Positions 59,401-64,000 of a stretch of DNA of 64,000 nucleotides are shown here, in pieces. The translations under genes were made by a program, and so were the position numbers. Position 1 is the first letter of the stretch. Each line of letters opens with the position of its first letter. The stretch lies in assembly GCA_937625935.1 (NCBI GenBank), contig OW569380.1, positions 310,001 through 374,000 on the forward strand, given 5' to 3'. Source of the DNA: Tetramitus jugosus. Taxonomy: Eukaryota; Protista; Heterolobosea. The notes under the pieces were generated by a model. The model saw only the letters and a program-made list of their open reading frames with translations. It made no database searches and was not told where the DNA came from.

Positions 59401-60030
59401 AGAGATGATATCGTAGGCTTGATTGAGCACTTGGACATTTTCATTGAGTCGTTCAATCAACAGTGGAGTGGTTGATTGGAGAGAACGAGTGACACGTTTC
59501 CACATGAGACCCAGGACATCACTTGTGATGGATGATTGTTTTTCACTACTTGGTGTAGTTGTTGTTGAGGTTGTAGAGATGGACGATGATGATGATGATG
59601 GTGTTGTTGTTGTTGTGCCTCTCTCTCTTAAAAATTGTTCATAAATGTTGTTGCTAGCAATGTTGCTATTGATGGGTGCAGTAGTAGAGTTTCTTGTTGT
59701 TGCAGTTGTAGAACGAGTAGACTGCTGCTGCTGCTGTTGTTCATCACGATGATCCACCAACTCTGGATACATGACTGTTTGATGCAAATTGGCCAATGTC
59801 AGAGCATAGTGAGACAATTGAGCCAAACTGACTTCATTGGCATTGGGCACTGGTTGATTGATACCACCACCACTTGCACCACCTGAACTGCTACTGCTGT
59901 CAATGCCCAACAGTTCATCCATTTCGACACTAATGGACTTTGCTCTTCTCATGCTACTGGTGTTGGGAGTCATGGGAGTACCAGTGCTAGTCATTGAATT
60001 TAGATTACCACTACTGTTTACTGTTAACAT
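50431..60030 (-). CDS. cgs: Cyclic beta-1,2-glucan synthase homolog (GT84 + GH189-type cyclase + GH94 phosphorylase), 3199 aa, intronless
   Basis: N-terminal EWLVDNF, LPRIY, ELWGIPIMLRLGLLEN, D..SRD.CRHAIE. GT core WERKRGKL, VITLDTDT, SHDLLEG, RKHRWVRGDWQ; six TM segments. Cyclase region RTSPTNIG, DSGNL, SEARL, SWSGSMFEYLMP, WGISES, FGVPGLGLKRG. GH94 GFYQSSGAFGFRDQLQD, GDWNDGMN, RENGGQYTHAA, GWTWYTGSAGW. Confidence 0.96.
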   Translation of the reverse strand: MLTVNSSGNLNSMTSTGTPMTPNTSSMRRAKSISVEMDELLGIDSSSSSGGASGGGINQPVPNANEVSLAQLSHYALTLANLHQTVMYPELVDHRDEQQQQQQSTRSTTATTRNSTTAPINSNIASNNIYEQFLRERGTTTTTPSSSSSSISTTSTTTTPSSEKQSSITSDVLGLMWKRVTRSLQSTTPLLIERLNENVQVLNQAYDIISEAIMTNRRITSTDEWLVDNFWMINEHIHMAKKHLPPGFAKEMPKLLNTESAGLPRIYGLVLELISLVNGQISQDNVYQFVKAYQTVAPLNIGELWGIPIMLRLGLLENIRRVADEIINRRKDCNLADAWADKLLVAADKSSKDVIQTLFQMSQSDPKISNSFVLQISQRLQGSDPLLSVINTWLEQQLSTKGLDVDNICRTQRHSNHVDQITIRNSIQSLRFVNVFSWKDFVENLSLTESILRRDPSGVYVLQDFDSRDSCRHAIERIAHRNKMNEKDVAQAALKCAIRAQKEYDEQNKGNNNNNNKKQKEQKTQQSSSSSKTSHESSAEEQQEEFELQMLKRQCHIGYWLLDERGSLMLHEREDYKLPWSIRVGRMFGHTQHFTNVPVTGFLFSILMIMVIYVLTVLILLMRSGVSLFGGNNSSSNLITRVLFSPFLFLPALFLVGSQLAVSLTNIAIVHLVGPRAMPKMDYHKQGISDDHRTMVVVPTMLTSVEGVEELIADLQRRYLVNRDRNIFFGLITDFMDAKTETTDKDDILLAAAKRGIEELNTMYPNSSGSASTFFLFHRPRIFNPSEGVWMGWERKRGKLLNFNNLLRGGSPDPFSCIVGDVSILRSIQYVITLDTDTLLPSDAARRLIETASHPLNVPVYDPSKDRVVTGYGLLQPRVSVGLTGAHKSLFALIHSMDSGLDPYTKEVSDVYQDAFGEGSFIGKGLYHVDVFEQVLGDKFPENRILSHDLLEGCYVRSGLVSDVELIEEYPSSYATDISRKHRWVRGDWQISSWVMPYVPSLSKGLVRNPLTTLSKWKIFDNLRRSLVPLAMVLVLMYGWLSGASFGTRVPLITTLAVTSNWILPLIIDLFNQLTHKSEDITLETHLENVRYSVMRRMMDFGLTMCFLPFEAFNNVDAIIRVLMRLFVTRTQLLEWTTSTAAATQFTGQMAKFARSMWSGVMVAVFVALSLVFNTLFGKSSAAAASFSWYLLFVNLSIVLLLVPVWAASPLIAWWLSKPLQVTSTTTETERAEELTEEQHDFLRVLSRRTWRFFETFVRDEDNWLPLDNYQEFPKPMYARRTSPTNIGFALVANISAWDFGYITSGQAIARIAKTLETMGKMERYKGHFYNWYDTSNLKPLLPKYVSAVDSGNLVGLLVLLKTGLLEFADRPIVAEQVKVGLKDSLLCILEIMKKPLKSDDDVVYYNAEDITSTIQSMLKEIASMPSDAKIKNVVEWLNRLQSSAAQLSKKLMNAVEEQRSSDENEEEIMVDEDDDLIENVEGSREQQLLVFAQLFEQHLKNFVDEIATVLPFGSLLDQVPSDVDSELKEALNKINNVTVASYRLLSQLPSVLASKKGKSADPSSWYSELEKAANRAAAISRERLETINNLASISNDFSEQDFTFMYNQSRNLIAIGYNVDHNYLDQSYYDVFCSEARLCSYVGIAKGQFPVKHWFSMSRLLTSVAPNKHALLSWSGSMFEYLMPLLVMPTVPGTLLDQTYYSVVKRQIEYGEQKKVPWGISESAFNMMDATLVYQYGPFGVPGLGLKRGLSNDLVIAPYASALALMVLPVPSCQNLQKLNSMGFMGGYGMIESIDFTPHRLRGDVSCQPIRSYFAHHEGMSLLALAYTLLDKPMQKRFSATPELHANELLLQEKIPKVPYVSNPNAKETSRWMNRKYKLPSPNRRYQGLQMYAAPEVHLLSNGRLHVMVSVHGGGQIKWKELSVTRWREDVTLDGYGISCYVRDVDQKDKIWSTTSTPILAPPESNYTAMFSQAKAEFKRYENGILSETIVTVSPYDDVEVRRINLTNRGTKPRRLELTSYGEIVLGHSRVDAAHRAFSNLFVKSEILEDYNAVLCSRQPRDEKEQVVYAFQILLLHEPRCAEGDMSFETDRFKFIGRGHSMQQPLALSGEIGPLSNSSGFPLDPVVSIRQQLKLQAGETVHADLVTGVAFTREEALKMITKYQKKRCTNRVVEYSWLFSEKLCFKLGITEIEAQLFAKLAGCLLYSSANFRASLGLITKNRMNQTGLWRLGISGDLPILLVRIGDVQNISLIAQVLQAHTYMRYKGLICDFVIWNDETVSYRDELQNAIMSLISGSAETHQMLQKSGGIFPIRGEHLNEAESILLYSVARVVLSDNGGRLTDQINRQYRKDHNVPALVQRPDETTTANPNDVVTPTKIVQPSLSLEDRGLVMRNEFGGFDKQNQEYVMLLGKNKPTPQPWCNILANEQFGSVISEKGSAYTWLDNAHEYRLTPWNNDIVVDGSGEAFYIRDEVSGKYWSPQPQPVSSNSPYIVRHGMGYSVWEHQDHGIHTDTRVFVPQNEPIKIILIKVRNDSGRTRNLSVSGFVEWTLGELRDRTSPNIVTDVELTANTNAILARNAYHCDFGNYVSFFTVVGHKCTITGDRSEFIGFNRTLSKPAAMERTHLSGTVGAALDPCGAIMVPITVESGQTIEVAFVLGAHRSKHQAMDLIERIRSNLIVRQLLKGVKSFWTRTLSTIQIETPDDSVDVLANSWLLYQVLSARIWGRSGFYQSSGAFGFRDQLQDSIAVCGSIPSILKQQIITCCEHQYEKGDVCHWWHPISNRGVRTTFSDDYLWLPLAVAYYIETTNDLSILDVECRFVTGHELSVGEESHYDVVRISDVSASVYEHCLRSIRYGLKFGSHGLPLMGCGDWNDGMNLVGIHGKGESVWLAYFLYHVMERFETVAELKHDEEFIQLSHEQKTRLSENIEENAWDGSWYRRAYFDNGEPLGSKECDECQIDSLPQSWSVISGATRKDRSLQGMENAFNRLVRPDLKLIQLFDPPFEKSHLNPGYIKGYAPGVRENGGQYTHAAIWMVWAYTKLRDANKSWYLFDMLNPINHTRTKQELDQYRVEPYVVSADVYTLKGHEGRGGWTWYTGSAGWMYRLIIEQMIGVNRSGDYLVFSPCPRKEWKEFKVHYRFGKSKYHINFVKNTDEENVVPIRATLDGLQTSDADRILLVDDGNAHQVQVVLGSPPQN

Positions 60031-60930
60031 GATGTTGTGATATTCTTCGACTTCTTCTTCTTATTGTATATTTTATTATTGTTGTTGTTGATTTGGTTGT
60101 TGTATATTTTTGTGTGTGATGTGATGTATAGATGGAGAAAGAGATCTAAAGAGTGTAGTGTGTGTGTAATACAATAAACAACAAACAAGTATCTTCTGTT
60201 TTTTGAAACTTTGTAAAGAATCAAAAAGTTGTAGTAGTTTTGTGAGTTGTTATTGTGTATGGGGAGGTATGGATTGTGTTGTTGTTGTTGTTTTAAGGTT
60301 GGTTTTTCGCGAAGGGTAAAAAAACAAAAAGGACTCGTGGACGATCTCTGCAGGTGCTCTCACAGCGGTGTTTTCACTACACGTGCTTTCAGCGATGTGC
60401 AATCTTCAATCAAGCTCTGTGTTTTATTTACACAATGGTAAGGGTGCAGCAGACAAGAGAGAATCGATAAAAATAGTGTTTGGCGACTGTGATCAGTGGG
60501 ATTACAATTTTTCACGATGAATTTTTTGTTGCTCCGGATAGGATCATGCGAAATTCCCAGGATCATTCCGACCCCTGAACGAAATTTTTTGGTATAAAGA
60601 AGCGTTGTGTGATCTGTTTTGGATGCTGGAAGAGCGCCATCTACAACTCTTTTCAAGAAATGGTGAGAGGAACTGTACACCATGCAATGAATTGAGACAT
60701 CGGGTCTACCTCATGAATGGTTTTCAGAGAGGTAAATTCGTGTTTTGGCAATCTATCCGTCGCCAATCTAGAATTGGATATCGTGATGTCTCGTTCCAAT
60801 CACCTCTTCACACTACGTAATTGAACTCTTGAAACTCACACAACAACTTAAAACTTGTGTGGAAGTCCAAAAAAACAGCTGAATGGAAGAAAAATACATT
60901 TTCTCAGAGATAGAACAACACTTCTCAAAT

Positions 60931-61818
60931 TTATTGAAACAAGGATCGTATCTTGAAAAACAAATACAATAAACAAAAAACAACCAACGCCACAATAATC
61001 AATATCAAACATGACTTTTGTATCCAATTCCTCCACTCCATTCGACTCAATACTCGACCACCTTGATGCAACTCATCATTTGTCAAATCAATATTGCCAC
61101 GTATTCTCTCCAGTATGCCTCTCTGATCCACCAACGTTCCCATAATGTTCATTCCTGTTTGTTCAATGTGATTGGCCACTTGTATCGTATGATGCAATGT
61201 TTCATTAGAGTTTTTAATCAATCGTTTTGTTTCTTTTGACGCTTTTTGTTTCTTGTTATTGCTATTGTTGCTTGTATGATAGTCCAATAAATCATCATCA
61301 CTATCATCACTATCATCACTATCACTATTATAACGATAACGATTATTATTATTGTGATCATGTTCTGAATCATCATAGTGAGTGTGGTGGTGGTGATCGT
61401 GCATGAGAATGGATTGTAATGTGTTTTGATATTCAGTCTTCAATGATTGTAACCGTCTCTTGTGTTGATCATTGATTCTTTGTTTCCAATACTTTAACAT
61501 GTCATTATTGTTACTATTATTATTATTGTTATTGTTATTGTTGTTACTATTGAGTCGAATGGTTGATAATTGAGTTTCCATGTTTTGAATCGTGCCATCC
61601 AATGAATCAAATTGTCTCTTTATTTTACGTTGCAGTGTTTCAAATGTGTCATTGTTACTACTACTACTACTACTACTATTGTCATTGTTGAGAGACACTT
61701 TTTTCAATTGTTGGATACAATCGGAGACTGATGTACCAATTTCTTCAAATTCCATGTCATAGGCCTCCAACATGTCATGTATGGCACTTGAATAATTAGC
61801 GGTCGTTGATGATGACAT
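60931..61818 (-). CDS. VTI1: Qb-type SNARE, Vti1-like
   Basis: N-terminal helical bundle (EAYDMEFEEI...) and SNARE motif SNETLHHTIQVANHIEQTGMNIMGTLVDQRGILER...GGRVLSRM; C-terminal TM; poly-N/D insertions. Confidence 0.85.
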   Translation of the reverse strand: MSSSTTANYSSAIHDMLEAYDMEFEEIGTSVSDCIQQLKKVSLNNDNSSSSSSSNNDTFETLQRKIKRQFDSLDGTIQNMETQLSTIRLNSNNNNNNNNNNSNNNDMLKYWKQRINDQHKRRLQSLKTEYQNTLQSILMHDHHHHTHYDDSEHDHNNNNRYRYNSDSDDSDDSDDDLLDYHTSNNSNNKKQKASKETKRLIKNSNETLHHTIQVANHIEQTGMNIMGTLVDQRGILERIRGNIDLTNDELHQGGRVLSRMEWRNWIQKSCLILIIVALVVFCLLYLFFKIRSLFQ

Positions 61819-62084
61819 TGTTCAATCTCCTGTTGGGTTATGACTTGGGTGAGACTATATTGTGTTTGGTTTTTTCTTGTTGCTGTTTTCTGTGTCCAAG
61901 ACCCCAAGACGAATTTGTTCCATGTCGGGGGAAGAATCCTCAACCATAAGGAACATGTCAACAAAATTAGATTATTTCTCCCGAACATTGCTGCCCCAAC
62001 AACACACGAAAGCTCTCAACAAACAACACATCGAGAACCAATTGAGGTCACAAAGACGGCTGGTGTGGAGATAGCTAGAGAGAG

Positions 62085-64000
62085 ATGGACAATGAACAAC
62101 CACCATTTTCATCATCATCGATCGGTGATCACTTCAACAACCATGACAACTCCATGATGAACACCATCAATCAACACGATACCACTAATCATACCTACAA
62201 TAACAACAACATTAATGATGATGATGATGATGACAACAATGAAGATAATGATACGAATCATGACAATGTCATTCTCCACATTCCACTCTTACAATCTACC
62301 ACTAGCACTACATCCACTACTCACACCACCAATCATCATCAACAACAACAACAACAACAACAACCATCTCAACCACACAATACAATAACATTACCATCAA
62401 TATCAACAACAACCAATAGAACAACCAATAGAACAATGACATCATACAAACAAATGATATCATCTGCACACAAACAATTCAGTTATCAATCCTCTCGTTT
62501 CTATTTCCTATCTGATTTCTTTGTGATACAATATCGAATGCATCACATGTCTCTCATTCTCTCTCTATTACTCCTACTGGCTCATCACATTTTTATTCGC
62601 ATCATTCTCAGCCATACTACTACTACTACTACTACTACTGCTACTCCTGATGATCACAATAACAATACAAAAAATAACAATCAAGCGAGAGATCAAATGA
62701 TTCACATGGTACCTCAATGGTTACTTCACTATTCTATCCTGTGGATACCATTGTACACTTGTGTATTCATTCATCAATTTCACATTTGTCACTGGTTCAT
62801 TCGTCAATATTTCAAATACTTGAAACGACATTTGCGCAACAGAGTCATGTCTCATCGACGTCGACGTAGAAAACTACAACAAATGTACATGTCCATTTGT
62901 TCATTTGTCTTTCACTTGTGTGCACTCGTGTTCTTCATTGTCTTGTCTGTTCGATTACAACAATCATTACTCGCACCACTCTTTTATGAGAATGACAACA
63001 ATAGTAGTAGTAGTAGTAATAATGGTAGTAATAATGGTGGTAGTAATGGTAGTAGTAGAAAGAGTTGGTTTTGGGTAATGATGCCCATGATTATTTATCT
63101 AGTGTTTCAATGGATTGCCACATGTGTGTATCACGTGTACATTCTATGGTGGTACAAGTGGTGGTATCATCACAACAATAATAACAATAACAACAATAAC
63201 AATAACAATAACAATAGTAACAATAGTATTGATAATAATGATAGTATTGATAATAGTGGTGGTAGACAAGAGATGAAAATGAAATCATTTGAATTTATGG
63301 CTCGATTTGTCATTATAGTCAACTACTTGTTATTTGTTTGTTTATTGTGGTTACGATTAGATGGTATTCTATTGTTTCAGAATTCAAGTAGTAATGATAG
63401 TGATAGTAGTATTAGTAGTGACAAGATTAGTAATGACATGAATAATCCATATGCAGCTGCCAACAATGACTCATTTATTGATTTCTATGTTGCGTGTCCC
63501 CTCATGTTCAACTGTGTCATGTACTGCTGTTTCCATGTCAAACAGTATTTACAATCGTTGAAGCAAGGAGTGTTGTTGAAACAGACGATTGAGTCATCTA
63601 TTGTGAGATTTCAGCGCAATCATCGTCGTCTTCGTCACAGTCGCTACTATCGTCATTTTTATAATCAACTTACCAATCAAGCGAATAACAATAATAATCA
63701 TCATCATACAAATGAGATGACTACTGCAACTACGACTACTACGACTGCTGCTGCTGCTGCGATGAATAATAATGATCATGAAAGTGAACAATCGAGAAGG
63801 GAAACAAGTGCTGTTGCTGTTGCTGTTGAACCACATGTTATTCTCACATCGACCATTATTCGACAAGTGTACACTTGTGTTCTCAGTCGATTCGATTGCC
63901 TATTCCAGTTCACAATCTCCTCATTTCTCATGTTTCTATTGCTGTTTGGAAGCTTGTTCTTTGGAGGTGAACTGGTTCATGTTCTCATGATTGATGGTAA
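62085..64000 (+). CDS. Partial multi-pass membrane protein, TMEM185/TMEM60 (FAM11)-like repeats, runs off the window end
   Basis: Hand translation from ATG 62085 (MDNEQPPFSSSS...) appears open to 64000. Repeated units SILWIPLY; FFIVLSVRL...SWFWVMMPM; LFVCLLWLRLDG...FYVACPL, separated by poly-N/S/T tracts. Not in the ORF track because there is no stop. Confidence 0.7.
   Translation, partial: MDNEQPPFSSSSIGDHFNNHDNSMMNTINQHDTTNHTYNNNNINDDDDDDNNEDNDTNHDNVILHIPLLQSTTSTTSTTHTTNHHQQQQQQQQPSQPHNTITLPSISTTTNRTTNRTMTSYKQMISSAHKQFSYQSSRFYFLSDFFVIQYRMHHMSLILSLLLLLAHHIFIRIILSHTTTTTTTTATPDDHNNNTKNNNQARDQMIHMVPQWLLHYSILWIPLYTCVFIHQFHICHWFIRQYFKYLKRHLRNRVMSHRRRRRKLQQMYMSICSFVFHLCALVFFIVLSVRLQQSLLAPLFYENDNNSSSSSNNGSNNGGSNGSSRKSWFWVMMPMIIYLVFQWIATCVYHVYILWWYKWWYHHNNNNNNNNNNNNNNSNNSIDNNDSIDNSGGRQEMKMKSFEFMARFVIIVNYLLFVCLLWLRLDGILLFQNSSSNDSDSSISSDKISNDMNNPYAAANNDSFIDFYVACPLMFNCVMYCCFHVKQYLQSLKQGVLLKQTIESSIVRFQRNHRRLRHSRYYRHFYNQLTNQANNNNNHHHTNEMTTATTTTTTAAAAAMNNNDHESEQSRRETSAVAVAVEPHVILTSTIIRQVYTCVLSRFDCLFQFTISSFLMFLLLFGSLFFGGELVHVLMIDG

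Noticed and set aside
50830-59886. Many plus-strand ORFs of 60-267 aa opposite the Cgs gene
   Set aside because: Antisense shadows caused by codon bias of the long minus-strand CDS; no motifs or plausible protein composition.
60024-60930. Short ORFs between cgs and Vti1
   Set aside because: UTR/promoter-like composition, mostly non-ATG or low-complexity, no domain signal.

Overview
Gene-dense, AT-rich nuclear DNA of a microbial eukaryote. It has short GT-AG introns, short intergenic spacers (down to an overlap) and many poly-N/Q/S/T triplet tracts. An ARMC2 gene suggests a flagellated stage; the style resembles free-living amoebae/amoeboflagellates, but I cannot fix the lineage from sequence. 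There are about 30 protein-coding genes, including RTF1, an ELMO-domain protein, Aquarius, two SNAREs, S1P lyase, CBS, metallophosphoesterase and START proteins, NAE1, TSPO, an F-box/LRR protein, NDUFA2, a TLC protein, ARMC2 and DNA2, plus partial genes at both window edges that the ORF track misses. I reconstructed 18 introns by hand. The standout is an intronless 3199-aa gene (50431-60030, minus strand) with the complete architecture of bacterial cyclic beta-1,2-glucan synthase (Cgs/NdvB/ChvB: GT84 + 6 TM + GH189-type cyclase + GH94 phosphorylase). Its motifs look intact and it carries host-style homopolymer insertions, so it looks like a domesticated bacterial enzyme in a eukaryote. Within ~8 kb of it lie a GPI-anchored clan-GH-A-like protein with an unusual Asp at the predicted nucleophile position and a secreted protein with three CBM52-like repeats. 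Other oddities are an Aquarius with degenerate ATPase motifs, an ~870-bp segment bounded by 30-bp inverted repeats, and a 72-aa two-His membrane peptide. All family assignments come from motif recognition; no searches were run.
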